Part shown: positions 9,000 to 19,906 of the stretch, in pieces
How positions within the stretch are numbered: the first letter of the stretch is position 1
How the letters are laid out: the number at the start of each line of letters is the position of its first letter
Source of the DNA: Pseudoalteromonas tetraodonis
GTDB taxonomy: Bacteria > Pseudomonadota > Gammaproteobacteria > Enterobacterales > Alteromonadaceae
NCBI RefSeq assembly: GCF_002310835.1
Contig: NZ_CP011041.1
Coordinates: forward strand, 150,001 to 182,000
DNA: 32,000 bases
Direction: 5' to 3'
Position numbers and translations under genes: made by a program
Notes under the pieces: generated by a model
Told to the model about the DNA's origin: nothing
Databases searched by the model: none
The model's input: the letters and a program-made list of their open reading frames with translations, nothing else

Positions 9000-9857
9000 A
9001 TGAGCCAAGTATTAGATGATTTATTGTCGTTGTTATCACTTGAAGAAATTGAACAAGGTTTATACCGAGGACAAAGCCAAGACTTAGGTTTTAGAGCGGT
9101 GTTTGGCGGTCAAGTTATGGGGCAAGCGCTTTCAGCAGCCAAAGAAACACTGCCAGCGGGGCGAATTGTTCACTCATTACATTCTTACTTTTTACGCCCA
9201 GGCGATGCTGCAAAGCCGATAGTGTATGACGTTGAAACGATTCGCGATGGTAAAAGTTTTAGTACGCGTCGTGTTAGCGCGATTCAGTACGGTAAGCCTA
9301 TTTTTTACATGACGGCGTCGTTTCAAGGTGATGAACAAGGGTTATCGCATCAAGCGACCATGCCAGATGTTCCTGCCCCTGAAGAGCTACGTTCTTCATT
9401 AGAGTTTTATCAAGAAAATGCACAGCATATTCCAGAAGCTATCCGTAATAAATTTATTCGTGAAATGCCGATTGAAATGCGCCCAGTGAATTTTCATAAC
9501 CCCTTTAAACCAGAAGCCATTGAACCAGTAAAACATATTTGGTTTAAAGCCAATGGCGATATGCCTGACGATCAACGTATTCATAACTATTTATTGGCGT
9601 ATGCGTCCGACTTTGAATTTTTACCAACCGCATTACAACCACATGGCGTATCGTTTATGCAGCCGAATATGCAAGTGGCGACGATTGACCATGCTATGTG
9701 GTTTCATCGTCCGTTTAGAATGGATGATTGGATTTTATATACTATTGATAGTCCAAGCGCGAGCTCAGGAAGAGGGCTGGTACGTGGGCAGTTTTTTGAC
9801 CGCCAAGGAAACTTGGTAGCCTCTACTATTCAAGAAGGGGTAATGCGCCAGCGCTAA
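9000..9857 (+). CDS. tesB: Acyl-CoA thioesterase II
   Basis: Collinear similarity to TesB: [37 protein letters not shown], [12 protein letters not shown], RDGxSFSxRRV, double hot-dog length of 285 aa. Confidence 0.9.
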   Translation: MSQVLDDLLSLLSLEEIEQGLYRGQSQDLGFRAVFGGQVMGQALSAAKETLPAGRIVHSLHSYFLRPGDAAKPIVYDVETIRDGKSFSTRRVSAIQYGKPIFYMTASFQGDEQGLSHQATMPDVPAPEELRSSLEFYQENAQHIPEAIRNKFIREMPIEMRPVNFHNPFKPEAIEPVKHIWFKANGDMPDDQRIHNYLLAYASDFEFLPTALQPHGVSFMQPNMQVATIDHAMWFHRPFRMDDWILYTIDSPSASSGRGLVRGQFFDRQGNLVASTIQEGVMRQR

Positions 9858-9865
9858 TCCTAATA

Positions 9866-9909
9866 CCTACTATATTGAATAACTTCAATATAGTGGGTAT
9901 GGTTTTATT
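9866..9909 (+). terminator. Rho-independent terminator after tesB (also abuts the plsB stop)
   Basis: 14-bp stem CCTACTATATTGAA / TTCAATATAGTGGG (one G-U pair), TAAC loop, followed by TATGGTTTTATTTT. Confidence 0.75.
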
Positions 9910-12348
9910 TTACTTGCATTGAGCGTGCACAATATCTGTGATTGACTGCCAAATACGTGCCGGTAATAGCGTTTGTAGTTGTTTGTAAGTCTCGCACAAC
10001 GCTGGACTGCCTTGTAAGCCATTATCTGACTCACTAATTAGCTTTTGTTCGCGTAGGTTTGAAATAAAGCTACTGAGTACCTTTTTGTCAAAAAACTCCG
10101 GCGTTTTAATGCCATGTAACGTACCCAAGCGCTGCGCCAGCACATAGCTTTCACGTTCAAGCTCTGCTTTTTCAATCCCTTGGCTGGTTTGAATAAAGCC
10201 AATCACAATCGCATAACGTTGCAAAGTAAAGCTCAATGCACGACCGAGCATTTCGAGTTTGGCAAAGCTATCGTTATTTTGAGTCACTTTAATGTTATCA
10301 CCATCAAGCGCAATTAAGCCTTGATCACTAAAGTTAGTTAAAATACGAGTAACGTAGCTCTCATCTAACTCTTGCAAGTACCACTCTTTAGCAAACAATG
10401 GATAAAAAGATTTCACCAGCTGATGGCACTGAGTTACGGTGCTTTGATGTTGCTTAAATAAATGCAGCGCCACTAAACTAGGCACCGCAAAAATATGTAA
10501 AATGTTATTACGGTAGTAGTTGAATAAGGTTTTTTCTTTATCGCTTATCGCAATTATTTCGCCAAACTCATCACTGATCACATCAAACTTATTAAGCTTT
10601 AAGGCATGTTCAAGTAGCTGCTCTGGTGTTTCATCGGGTGCGGTTATTTTACTGCTATAGCTGGCTTCACGTTGCAATCGTAAGTAAAACTCAAGCTGAG
10701 CTAACAGCTTTGGCTTACTCAATGCCTGCTTATCGTTTACCAGCAGTATCATCGCCAGTAAGTTAACTGAGTTAAGTGCGGCGGCATTGTTAATTTTAAC
10801 CATAACCTGATCAGCAAGGTTAGCCACCTGCGGCCCTAACCATTGTGGTTTTTGCACATCGGTTGCATGAATTGATTCACGCCAGTCAGGCTGGTTATCA
10901 TTTAAATACTGATTGATAGAAATAGGGTCGCCAAAGTTTAAATAACCACGACCATAGTTTTTTAAATTCTTAATCGCTTTAAAAATACCTAATATCGACT
11001 CGCCTTTTTTATCATTACCCGCAAGTTCTTTTAAGTAGGTATTGATTTCCATGACGTGCTCGTAACCAATATATACCGGCACAATAGATATAGGTCTGTC
11101 TATACCGCGCAACATGGCTTGCATTGTCATTGCGAGCATGCCGGTTTTAGGGGGTAGTAAACGTCCCGTTCTGCTGCGCCCACCCTCGGTATAAAACTTT
11201 ACCGAGTAACCTTTGATAAATAACTGGCTTAAGTATTCTTTAAATACCGCTGAGTAAAGTTTGTTACCAGCAAACGAGCGGCGAATAAAAAACGCGCCAC
11301 TGCGGCGGAATATGCCACCGGCTGGGAAAAAGTTTAAGTTAATACCCGCTGCAATATGCGGTGGAACAAGCCCTTGATGGTAAATAGAGTAGGTCAGTAG
11401 CAAGTAATCCATATGGCTACGATGACACGGCATGTAGATTATTTCATGGCCCTTGTTGGTTAGGTCATGGATTTGCTCGGTGTACTTTATATCAATCCCA
11501 TTATACAGCTTGTTCCAAAGCCAGGTTAATATGCGATCGGCAACGCGAATGGTGGCGTCGCTGTAATTAGCAGCAATTTCATCAAGAAGCTTTAATGCGT
11601 TTTGTCGCGCTTGGGCTTGGCTAATATTTTTTTCAGACGCTTCAGTTTGAATCGCTTTTTTTATCGTTGGGGATGCCAGTAGTGAGCTAAATAACTGATC
11701 ACGAGATGGGATTTTAGGCCCTGTGGCAGCCAGCTTCTGGCGCTTAAAGTGTACTCTAGCTACGCGAAGTAGTTTATGAGGAAGTTCATTTACATCGGCT
11801 TTTTCGTTCACCAGTAGTGATAAATCAAGTGGTTGGCTAAAACGAATAAAGTTGTCTCTACCTGAAAAAAGTACAACAAATATTTTTCTAAACCAGCTGG
11901 GCGTAAGTGAGTGCGAAAGTAAAGTACTCAGTCCTGGCTTCTCTTTACCCGGCGCTCTGCCCCATAAAATAGTCACAGGCACAACCTGCACATTTTTTTG
12001 GCCACTATTTAATAAGTGTTCAATGATTTGCTTGCCCTGATCTAATGCGTTGGTAGGCTTTTCTTTATTACCAAATAACGGTGGTGGGTTTTTAATGCCA
12101 ATAAAACGATCTAACGCTTGGTCACCTAACACTTGCTGCTCGGTAGGGTCGGGCAAGCCATTTCGTTTACATACGCGCGCGAGTGCCGCTAAATCAAAGC
12201 GTGAATTTAAACGCACTATATAAAAGGTCGGGTTTTTAGGGTTTAACTCAAATTGCTCTAACGGCTTCTCAGGCAGTACTTTGCTTTTAACAAACAAGCG
12301 GCTAATACCACCAGAGATAAGATTTAAACCATAATTTAAAATACGCAT
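9910..12348 (-). CDS. plsB: Glycerol-3-phosphate 1-O-acyltransferase
   Basis: 812 aa. H(X)4D acyltransferase motif HRSHMDYLLL, FFIRRSF, YTEGGRSRTGRLL, IVPVYIGYE. Length and order match PlsB. Confidence 0.93.
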   Translation of the reverse strand: MRILNYGLNLISGGISRLFVKSKVLPEKPLEQFELNPKNPTFYIVRLNSRFDLAALARVCKRNGLPDPTEQQVLGDQALDRFIGIKNPPPLFGNKEKPTNALDQGKQIIEHLLNSGQKNVQVVPVTILWGRAPGKEKPGLSTLLSHSLTPSWFRKIFVVLFSGRDNFIRFSQPLDLSLLVNEKADVNELPHKLLRVARVHFKRQKLAATGPKIPSRDQLFSSLLASPTIKKAIQTEASEKNISQAQARQNALKLLDEIAANYSDATIRVADRILTWLWNKLYNGIDIKYTEQIHDLTNKGHEIIYMPCHRSHMDYLLLTYSIYHQGLVPPHIAAGINLNFFPAGGIFRRSGAFFIRRSFAGNKLYSAVFKEYLSQLFIKGYSVKFYTEGGRSRTGRLLPPKTGMLAMTMQAMLRGIDRPISIVPVYIGYEHVMEINTYLKELAGNDKKGESILGIFKAIKNLKNYGRGYLNFGDPISINQYLNDNQPDWRESIHATDVQKPQWLGPQVANLADQVMVKINNAAALNSVNLLAMILLVNDKQALSKPKLLAQLEFYLRLQREASYSSKITAPDETPEQLLEHALKLNKFDVISDEFGEIIAISDKEKTLFNYYRNNILHIFAVPSLVALHLFKQHQSTVTQCHQLVKSFYPLFAKEWYLQELDESYVTRILTNFSDQGLIALDGDNIKVTQNNDSFAKLEMLGRALSFTLQRYAIVIGFIQTSQGIEKAELERESYVLAQRLGTLHGIKTPEFFDKKVLSSFISNLREQKLISESDNGLQGSPALCETYKQLQTLLPARIWQSITDIVHAQCK

Positions 12349-12560
12349 TGACTCACCATAAGAGAGTAGTTACCCAAATCAATATGGGTATATAACAGCA
12401 AAATTAGCGCATAGGATAACATATTATCTAAAAAATCCTCTGCAGATTAATCGACAAGCTATGACATTATAGTGACATCATCACTTCCATTACGTTCACT
12501 ATTAATAAACTTAGCTATTTTTTAAACGACAATTGCAAAGCAATTATGTCTAAATAGTTG

Positions 12561-12588
12561 TTGCATTTATCACCAGCATCATTATAAT
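12561..12588 (+). promoter_or_regulatory. Sigma-70 promoter of the S10 operon
   Basis: TTGCAT (12561-12566), 16-nt spacer, perfect TATAAT (12583-12588), and an A/T-rich UP-like stretch upstream. Predicted TSS is near 12595. Confidence 0.7.
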
Positions 12589-12595
12589 ACGCAGG

Positions 12596-13087
<492 letters not shown>

Positions 13088-13114
13088 TCGGAAGATTAGA
13101 GAGGTTTTAGGAAA

Positions 13115-13750
13115 ATGGCATTAGGTCTAGTCGGTCGTAAAGTGGGTATGACACGTATCTTCACTGAAGATGGTGTATCTATCCCTGTGACAGTTATTGA
13201 AGCGACTCCTAACCGCATTGCTCAGATCAAATCTGACGCAACAGACGGTTATAACGCGCTTCAAGTAACCGCAGGCACTAAAAAAGCAAGCCGTGTAAAC
13301 AAAGCAACAGCGGGTCACTTCGCTAAAGCTGGTGTTGAAGCGGGTCGCGGTCTGTGGGAATTCCGCCTAAATGGTGGTGAAGGCGATTTTGAAGTAGGCG
13401 CAGAGCTTACGGTTGAATTATTCAACGAAATCAACAAAGTTGACGTAACCGGTACTTCTAAAGGTAAAGGTTTCCAAGGTGGTGTTAAGCGCTGGAATTT
13501 CAGCATGCAAGACGCTACACATGGTAACTCTCTATCTCACCGTGCTCCTGGTTCAATCGGTCAAAACCAATCACCTGGTAAGGTGTTTAAAGGTAAGAAA
13601 ATGGCCGGTCAAATGGGTAATGAGCAAGTAACAACTCAGAACCTTGAACTAGTTCGCGTTGACGCTGAGCGTAACCTGCTTTTAGTTAAAGGTGCAGTAC
13701 CTGGCGCTATCGGCGGTGACGTTATCGTTAAACCAGCTGTTAAAGCATAA
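13115..13750 (+). CDS. rplC: 50S ribosomal protein L3
   Basis: [26 protein letters not shown]...[47 protein letters not shown]. Confidence 0.98.
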   Translation: MALGLVGRKVGMTRIFTEDGVSIPVTVIEATPNRIAQIKSDATDGYNALQVTAGTKKASRVNKATAGHFAKAGVEAGRGLWEFRLNGGEGDFEVGAELTVELFNEINKVDVTGTSKGKGFQGGVKRWNFSMQDATHGNSLSHRAPGSIGQNQSPGKVFKGKKMAGQMGNEQVTTQNLELVRVDAERNLLLVKGAVPGAIGGDVIVKPAVKA

Positions 13751-13767
13751 GTCCTGGAGATTTAGTG

Positions 13768-14373
13768 ATGGAATTAGCAATTAAAGACGCTTCTGGCGCT
13801 CTTGAAGTTTCTGAAGCTACTTTTGGACGTGAGTTTAACGAAGCATTAGTACACCAAGTAGTTGTTGCATACGCAGCAGGTGCTCGTCAAGGTACTCGTG
13901 CTCAGAAGACACGTTCTGAAGTAAGCGGTGGTGGTAAAAAACCATGGGCTCAAAAAGGTACTGGCCGTGCACGTGCTGGTACAATCCGTAGTCCAATTTG
14001 GCGTTCAGGTGGCGTTAGCTTCGCAGCTAAACCACAAGACCACAGCCAAAAAGTAAACCGTAAAATGTACCGCGGTGCGATCAAAAGCATCTTATCTGAA
14101 TTAGTTCGTCAAGAGCGTTTAATCGTTGTTGAGAGTTTTGGTCTTGAAGCACCAAAAACTAAAGAACTAGTTGCTAAGCTTAAAGAACTTGAGCTTAAAG
14201 ATGTTCTTATCGTGACTGAAGAAGTAGATGAAAATCTTTTCTTATCGGCACGTAACCTGTACAAGGTTGACACACGTGATGTAGCTGGTATCGATCCTGT
14301 AAGCTTAATTGCTTTCGACAAGGTACTAATTACAGCTGCTGCTGTTAAGCAACTTGAGGAGGCGCTAGCATGA
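13768..14373 (+). CDS. rplD: 50S ribosomal protein L4
   Basis: MEL..KDA...[45 protein letters not shown] 13768 lies 7 nt after GGAGA. The GTG at 13765 in the ORF track is less likely. Confidence 0.97.
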   Translation: MELAIKDASGALEVSEATFGREFNEALVHQVVVAYAAGARQGTRAQKTRSEVSGGGKKPWAQKGTGRARAGTIRSPIWRSGGVSFAAKPQDHSQKVNRKMYRGAIKSILSELVRQERLIVVESFGLEAPKTKELVAKLKELELKDVLIVTEEVDENLFLSARNLYKVDTRDVAGIDPVSLIAFDKVLITAAAVKQLEEALA

Positions 14374-14672
14374 TCCGTGAAGAACGTCTTTTAAAAGTGA
14401 TCCTTGCTCCACACATCTCTGAAAAAAGCACAATCGCTGCTGAAGAAAACAACACGATTGTTTTCAAAGTAGCAAATGACGCAACTAAAGCTGAAGTTAA
14501 AGCGGCAGTTGAGAAGCTTTTTGAAGTAGAAGTAACTGGTGTTCGCACACTTAACGTTAAGGGTAAAACAAAACGTACTGGCATGCGTTTCGGTCGTCGT
14601 AGCGACTGGAAGAAAGCTTACGTTACTCTTAAAGAAGGTAGCGAGCTGGACTTTGTCGGCGGCGCCGAGTAA
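14370..14672 (+). CDS. rplW: 50S ribosomal protein L23
   Basis: [17 protein letters not shown]; ATGA overlap with the rplD stop; 100 aa. Confidence 0.97.
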   Translation: MIREERLLKVILAPHISEKSTIAAEENNTIVFKVANDATKAEVKAAVEKLFEVEVTGVRTLNVKGKTKRTGMRFGRRSDWKKAYVTLKEGSELDFVGGAE

Positions 14673-14689
14673 TAAGGGGAGTTAGAATT

Positions 14690-15514
14690 ATGGCACTTCA
14701 AAAGTGTAAGCCAACTTCTGCGGGTCGTCGTCACCTAGTTAAAGTGGTTAACCCAGATTTACATAAGGGTAAACCTTACGCACCACTATTAGAGAAAAAC
14801 TCTAAATCAGGTGGTCGTAATAACAATGGTCGTATTACGGTTCGTCATATCGGTGGTGGTCATAAGCAGCATTACCGTTTAATCGATTTTAAACGTACTA
14901 AAGATGGCATTCCAGCCACTGTTGAGCGTTTAGAATATGATCCAAATCGTAGCGCAAACATCGCTCTTGTATTATATGCAGACGGTGAGCGTCGTTACAT
15001 TATCGCACCAAAAGGCTTAAAAGCTGGCGATGCAATCCAGTCTGGTGTTGATGCACCAATCAAACCTGGTAATGCATTACCAATGCGTAATATGCCTGTA
15101 GGTTCGACTGTTCACAACGTAGAACTTAAACCAGGTAAAGGTGCTCAAATTGCACGTTCTGCTGGTGCATACGTTCAAATCCTTGCACGTGATGGTCAAT
15201 ATGTAACATTACGTCTTCGTTCAGGCGAAGTTCGTAAAGTTGAATCTGATTGTCGTGCGACACTAGGTGAAGTAGGCAATGCTGAGCATATGCTTCGTTC
15301 ACTTGGTAAAGCAGGTGCAAATCGCTGGCGTGGTATTCGTCCGACAGTTCGTGGTGTTGCCATGAACCCGGTTGATCACCCACACGGTGGTGGTGAAGGT
15401 CGTACATCTGGTGGTCGTCATCCTGTGTCTCCATGGGGTAAGCCGACTAAAGGTGCTAAGACGCGTAAGAACAAGCGTACGGATAAATTTATAGTACGTC
15501 GTCGTACTAAGTAA
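14690..15514 (+). CDS. rplB: 50S ribosomal protein L2
   Basis: PTSAGRRH...[17 protein letters not shown]...[14 protein letters not shown]; 274 aa; SD GGGGAG upstream. Confidence 0.98.
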   Translation: MALQKCKPTSAGRRHLVKVVNPDLHKGKPYAPLLEKNSKSGGRNNNGRITVRHIGGGHKQHYRLIDFKRTKDGIPATVERLEYDPNRSANIALVLYADGERRYIIAPKGLKAGDAIQSGVDAPIKPGNALPMRNMPVGSTVHNVELKPGKGAQIARSAGAYVQILARDGQYVTLRLRSGEVRKVESDCRATLGEVGNAEHMLRSLGKAGANRWRGIRPTVRGVAMNPVDHPHGGGEGRTSGGRHPVSPWGKPTKGAKTRKNKRTDKFIVRRRTK

Positions 15515-15520
15515 TATTGA

Positions 15521-15808
<288 letters not shown>

Positions 15809-15821
15809 GAGGGGAAGATAA

Positions 15822-16154
15822 ATGCAAGCATTAGCTAAACATAAATTCGCCTCTGGTTCGGCGCAAAAAGCACGTCTAGTTGCAGATCAGATCCGCGGGT
15901 TACCTGTCGATCGCGCACTAGAAATCCTGGCGTACAGCCCGAAAAAAGCGGCTGTATTAGTTAAGAAAGTACTTGAGTCTGCTATTGCTAACGCAGAGCA
16001 TAACGAAGGTGCTGACATTGATGAGCTACGTGTAACAACGATTTTTGTGGACGATGGTCCAACAATGAAACGTATTATGCCACGTGCTAAAGGACGCGCA
16101 GACCGCATCCTTAAGCGTACAAGCCACATCACTGTTGTGGTTTCAGATAGCTAG
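15822..16154 (+). CDS. rplV: 50S ribosomal protein L22
   Basis: [19 protein letters not shown]......[20 protein letters not shown]...[27 protein letters not shown]. Confidence 0.98.
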   Translation: MQALAKHKFASGSAQKARLVADQIRGLPVDRALEILAYSPKKAAVLVKKVLESAIANAEHNEGADIDELRVTTIFVDDGPTMKRIMPRAKGRADRILKRTSHITVVVSDS

Positions 16155-16166
16155 GAGATATAAGTA

Positions 16167-16868
16167 ATGGGACAAAAAGTTCATCCTACTGGTATTCGCC
16201 TAGGTATATCTAAACCTTGGGTTTCTACCTGGTACGCGAATTCAAAAGATTTCTCTGCACAGCTTTTTGGCGATCACAAAGTACGTACATTCCTTACTAA
16301 GGAATTAAAAGCGGCTTCTGTGTCTAAAATCGTTATTGAGCGTCCAGCAAAATCTATCCGAGTAACTATTCACACGGCTCGTCCGGGTGTTGTTATCGGT
16401 AAAAAAGGCGAAGACGTAGAAAAATTACGTCAAGCGGTAACTAAAATCGCTGGTGTACCTGCTCAGATTAATATTTCTGAAGTACGTAAACCAGAACTAG
16501 ATGCACAACTAGTAGCAGACGGCATTGCCTCTCAGCTAGAGCGTCGTGTTATGTTCCGTCGCGCTATGAAGCGTTCGGTACAAAATGCAATGCGCATCGG
16601 TTCTAAAGGGATTAAAGTTGAAGTTAGCGGTCGTCTTGGCGGCGCAGAAATCGCACGTTCAGAATGGTATCGTGAAGGTCGTGTACCTCTACATACTCTT
16701 CGTGCTGATATCGACTACGCAACTTCTGAAGCCTTAACCACTTACGGTATCATTGGTGTTAAAGTTTGGATCTTCAAAGGCGAAGTTATTGGTGGTTTAC
16801 CACTAGTACAAGAGCAAGAGAAGCCAGCTAAACGCGCACCAAAGAAAGCCAAAAAAAGTGCTAAGTAG
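16167..16868 (+). CDS. rpsC: 30S ribosomal protein S3
   Basis: MGQKVHP.GIRLGI.KPW.STW.A...; KH domain [13 protein letters not shown]; basic C-terminal tail; 233 aa. Confidence 0.98.
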   Translation: MGQKVHPTGIRLGISKPWVSTWYANSKDFSAQLFGDHKVRTFLTKELKAASVSKIVIERPAKSIRVTIHTARPGVVIGKKGEDVEKLRQAVTKIAGVPAQINISEVRKPELDAQLVADGIASQLERRVMFRRAMKRSVQNAMRIGSKGIKVEVSGRLGGAEIARSEWYREGRVPLHTLRADIDYATSEALTTYGIIGVKVWIFKGEVIGGLPLVQEQEKPAKRAPKKAKKSAK

Positions 16869-16880
16869 AGGTAGCGAGTA

Positions 16881-17294
16881 ATGTTACAGCCAAAACGTAC
16901 AAAATTCCGTAAAATGCATAAAGGCCGCAACCGTGGTCTAGCGCAAAACGGTAACAAAGTAAGCTTCGGTACTTTCGGTTTGAAAGCTACTGGTCGTGGC
17001 CGCATGACTGCTCGTCAAATCGAAGCAGCTCGTCGTGCTATGACGCGTCACGTGAAACGTCAAGGTAAAATCTGGATCCGTGTCTTCCCTGACAAGCCGA
17101 TCACAGAAAAACCTCTTGAAGTTCGTATGGGTAAAGGTAAAGGTTCTGTTGAATATTGGGTTGCTGAAATTCAGCCTGGTAAAGTACTTTACGAAATGGA
17201 AGGTGTTTCAGAAGAGCTTGCTCGTGAAGCGTTTAACCTTGCTGCTCGTAAACTGCCATTCAAAACAACTTTCGTAACTCGGACGGTAATGTGA
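16881..17294 (+). CDS. rplP: 50S ribosomal protein L16
   Basis: [20 protein letters not shown]....[26 protein letters not shown]. Confidence 0.98.
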   Translation: MLQPKRTKFRKMHKGRNRGLAQNGNKVSFGTFGLKATGRGRMTARQIEAARRAMTRHVKRQGKIWIRVFPDKPITEKPLEVRMGKGKGSVEYWVAEIQPGKVLYEMEGVSEELAREAFNLAARKLPFKTTFVTRTVM

Positions 17295-17485
17295 TGAAAG
17301 CAAGCGAACTAAAAGATAAAAGCGTAGAAGAGCTAAATGCTGAACTTCTAGGTCTTCTTCGTGAGCAGTTTAACCTGCGCATGCAAGCAAGCACTGGTCA
17401 GTTAGCTCAGACACACACGCTAAGAACAGTACGTCGCGATATCGCGCGTGTAAAAACAATTATTAACCAGAAGGCAGGTCAATAA
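17294..17485 (+). CDS. rpmC: 50S ribosomal protein L29
   Basis: [33 protein letters not shown] 17294 overlaps the rplP TGA by one base (TGATG). The GTG at 17291 was rejected. Confidence 0.96.
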   Translation: MKASELKDKSVEELNAELLGLLREQFNLRMQASTGQLAQTHTLRTVRRDIARVKTIINQKAGQ

Positions 17486-17742
17486 TGAGCGATAAAATTC
17501 GTACTCTTCAAGGCCGTGTAATCAGCGACAAGATGGAAAAATCTTTCACTGTTGCTATCGCACGTTACGTGAAGCACCCAATCTATGGGAAATTCATCAA
17601 ACGTACGACTAAGTTACACGTACATGACGAAAATAACACTGCAAAAGCGGGTGACGTAGTTACTATCCGTGAATGCGCTCCAATCTCTAAGAACAAATCT
17701 TGGACTTTGGTAGATGTTGTTGAACGTCCAAAACAAGCTTAA
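17485..17742 (+). CDS. rpsQ: 30S ribosomal protein S17
   Basis: [48 protein letters not shown] overlap with the rpmC stop. Confidence 0.98.
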   Translation: MSDKIRTLQGRVISDKMEKSFTVAIARYVKHPIYGKFIKRTTKLHVHDENNTAKAGDVVTIRECAPISKNKSWTLVDVVERPKQA

Positions 17743-17765
17743 TTTTTAATTAAGTCTGTTTTATG

Positions 17766-17795
17766 AAAAGCCCCGGCATTAGCTGGGGCTTTTTA
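17766..17795 (+). terminator. Rho-independent terminator ending the S10 operon
   Basis: AAAAGCCCCGGCATTAGCTGGGGCTTTTT: GC-rich stem AGCCCC/GGGGCT followed by a T-run, 24 nt after the rpsQ stop. Confidence 0.85.
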
Positions 17796-17917
17796 CGTTT
17801 AGAGCAGTTTTTAGCGGTAAGCTTTCAGCCTTTAGCTGGCAGAAGTAAATTATAGCGCCGTAGTTTGGGTTGAGTGTTACGAACCTAAGTGCAATAAAAT
17901 ATTATTATAAAATAGGC

Positions 17918-17946
17918 GTAAGAAAAGCCTTTGCAAGTGCAAAGGC
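17918..17946 (-). terminator. Rho-independent terminator of the nuclease gene
   Basis: Stem GCCTTTGC / GCAAAGGC (17927-17934 / 17939-17946) with a 4-nt loop. On the minus strand it is followed by TTTTCTT. Confidence 0.75.
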
Positions 17947-17960
17947 ATATGCTTTTCTGC

Positions 17961-17995
17961 GAAGCCCGAAGCCCGAAGCCCGAAGCCCGGAGCCC
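17961..17995. repeat. Heptanucleotide tandem repeat (GAAGCCC)x4 plus one degenerate unit GGAGCCC
   Basis: Read directly from the sequence: gaagccc gaagccc gaagccc gaagccc ggagccc. It lies between the nuclease stop codon (17998-18000) and its terminator. Confidence 0.95.
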
Positions 17996-17997
17996 TT

Positions 17998-19608
17998 TTA
18001 CCAAATCATTTCTACAAATTCAGGGTGGTCGATATACGGGTTACGATTTCCCTGAAATTCAAACGCTGCTTGATTGCGGTCTAATTCCATTTGGCTAACG
18101 GGGTCGTTGTTATGCCATTTTAATAACATAGCCACGACCCAATTTTCAAATACTTGGTTACTAGAGCCGTTAAGTACGGCATTACTAGCCGTGGTGTTAT
18201 TTTGCCAAGAGCCGATTACGTTTTGGTAGCGTGTAGCCATGTAAAAATAAGCACGAGCAAAGTCACCTTTAAATTCATCAATAGGCTCAAATACAGTACC
18301 AGTGTAATTAATCGCACTACTTGCAGAACCTAATTGACTGCCATTGGTTGAAGTAAACGTAGCGCTGGCCACTTCACCGAACGGGAAGTTGCTACGCTTT
18401 GAATTTACATAGCCGTCAGTGGCGTAAATATGATGAACATCAGAGTTCATTGGTTCTATGGTGCCGCCAAACCAGCTTTTAGGAAATGAATGTTCACGGT
18501 TATAACAATCGGCTTCGCTATTGTAGGTACCGCACTGATCGCTTACAGCAGTATAAGTGTAGCTATCAACTCCATTTGGCTTTTCACTGTACATATCTAA
18601 AATACTATTATCATTTTCAAAGTATTTATCGCGTGCTGATGCGTCGTAAAAACTCCAAATAGCAGAATACCCTTGAGCGTTATGGTTATTAATAATGTTA
18701 TAAAGCTCAGTTTTTAGCGTGTAGCCAGTTAAGCCTTGAGTTGTAACATAGTAGCCGGTTGGCGTCGGTGTTGGCTGGGTAGCACCTAATGAGAATGCGG
18801 TAGACTCACTTGCTTGAAAGCTTGATCCACTGGCAAGCAAATTGGCTTCATTATTCAAGGCGTAGCTGCCACTGCCAAATGAGCAACAAATACCATCGCC
18901 GTAGCTGTCGTTAATAGTAAATGTATAGTCGCCATTGGTTAAACATAATTGTTCGGTGTATTGAGTATTTGCGGCATAACCACTGCCGCTTGCAACCATA
19001 CCAGCTTGGTTGTGTGTTATTTGCCAACTGGTTTCTTCGCCGTAGTTATCTGTAGTTAGGTTAAAAGTAAGGCTGTTATCTGCGCAGCTTGGAGAATCAC
19101 TGCTGTCATTATTAGGTAAGAAGTTATCAACATAAACTAACTCACTACCATCAAAGCCGCTTGTATCGTAAAAGCGTAAACCGACATCAATCGTTTTACT
19201 ACTATCAGCGGTATAGCTGTAAGTTATGGTTTGCCATTGATTGGTTTGTGCTGGATTTGAATAGCCTTTATAACCATCTATGAACAAACGGGCCTTAAGA
19301 TGACCTTCGGTATGATACACATCCACTGAAAATTCATAAGTTTCACCCATTTCCACCGCGACTTGCTGTAAAAAGTCAGTGTTACTTTGTGTGCCAGTAT
19401 TTACGCTAATCGCTGCTGCTTGTAAGCCTGTACTCACGACTGCGCTGTTGGCAGATACGTTAATACCGCTATCAATCACCGTCCATGCTTGTGGGGTGTT
19501 GCCTGTCCATTGTTCAAAGTTGCCATTAACCACATTAGCCATCGCAGGCAAAGAGCTCAATAACAACGCGCTCAAAAGTAATTTGTTTTTATATATGCCG
19601 TGTAACAT
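17998..19608 (-). CDS. Secreted multidomain nuclease: signal peptide + CBM-like jelly-roll + Cys-containing beta-domain + PT linker + endonuclease I (EndA/Bsn family) domain
   Basis: Signal peptide ends ...LPAMA|NV (aa 24/25). C-terminal aa 285-536 carry endonuclease-I family signatures (NREHSFPKSWF, SDVHHIYATDGYVNSKRSN, FEP.DE.KGD.ARA.FYM, QGNRNPYIDHPE). SD AGGA lies 6 nt before the ATG. Confidence 0.85.
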   Translation of the reverse strand: MLHGIYKNKLLLSALLLSSLPAMANVVNGNFEQWTGNTPQAWTVIDSGINVSANSAVVSTGLQAAAISVNTGTQSNTDFLQQVAVEMGETYEFSVDVYHTEGHLKARLFIDGYKGYSNPAQTNQWQTITYSYTADSSKTIDVGLRFYDTSGFDGSELVYVDNFLPNNDSSDSPSCADNSLTFNLTTDNYGEETSWQITHNQAGMVASGSGYAANTQYTEQLCLTNGDYTFTINDSYGDGICCSFGSGSYALNNEANLLASGSSFQASESTAFSLGATQPTPTPTGYYVTTQGLTGYTLKTELYNIINNHNAQGYSAIWSFYDASARDKYFENDNSILDMYSEKPNGVDSYTYTAVSDQCGTYNSEADCYNREHSFPKSWFGGTIEPMNSDVHHIYATDGYVNSKRSNFPFGEVASATFTSTNGSQLGSASSAINYTGTVFEPIDEFKGDFARAYFYMATRYQNVIGSWQNNTTASNAVLNGSSNQVFENWVVAMLLKWHNNDPVSQMELDRNQAAFEFQGNRNPYIDHPEFVEMIW

Positions 19609-19906
19609 AGGTGTTCCTATTTTATAGTTTTAAGCAATATACATTAGATCATAAAGGTTACAAAATTGTTAAATTAGAATTTCATAAAAGGCAATAAAAA
19701 CCCTTTAGGTTAATTTCACTGGTTTTTAACTAGATTAATAACTAAATGGAATATCAAAGCAGATTCTATTCTTTTTTTATCTATGCTTAGACGGCTATCC
19801 TGCATACTCAATTAACCTCAACAGAACCTTCTGAATGAGGTGGCACTCATTTTAAACAATGTGAACAAGCATTGTGTTTAACGTTCAGGGTTATGAGGAA
19901 AAATTC

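Noticed and set aside
15126-15434. A 102-aa His/Asp/Gln-rich antisense ORF ([16 protein letters not shown]...) that looks like a metal-binding peptide.
   Set aside because: It is the reverse-complement reading of the Gly/Arg/Val-rich rplB segment, which explains the odd composition. There is no start context, so I treat it as a shadow ORF.
17870-18055. A 61-aa plus-strand ORF running through the terminator hairpin and the heptanucleotide repeat (translating RSPKPEARSPEP).
   Set aside because: It starts with a non-ATG codon and has no SD. It crosses a terminator and overlaps the 3' end of the nuclease gene. The repetitive peptide is a by-product of the DNA repeat.
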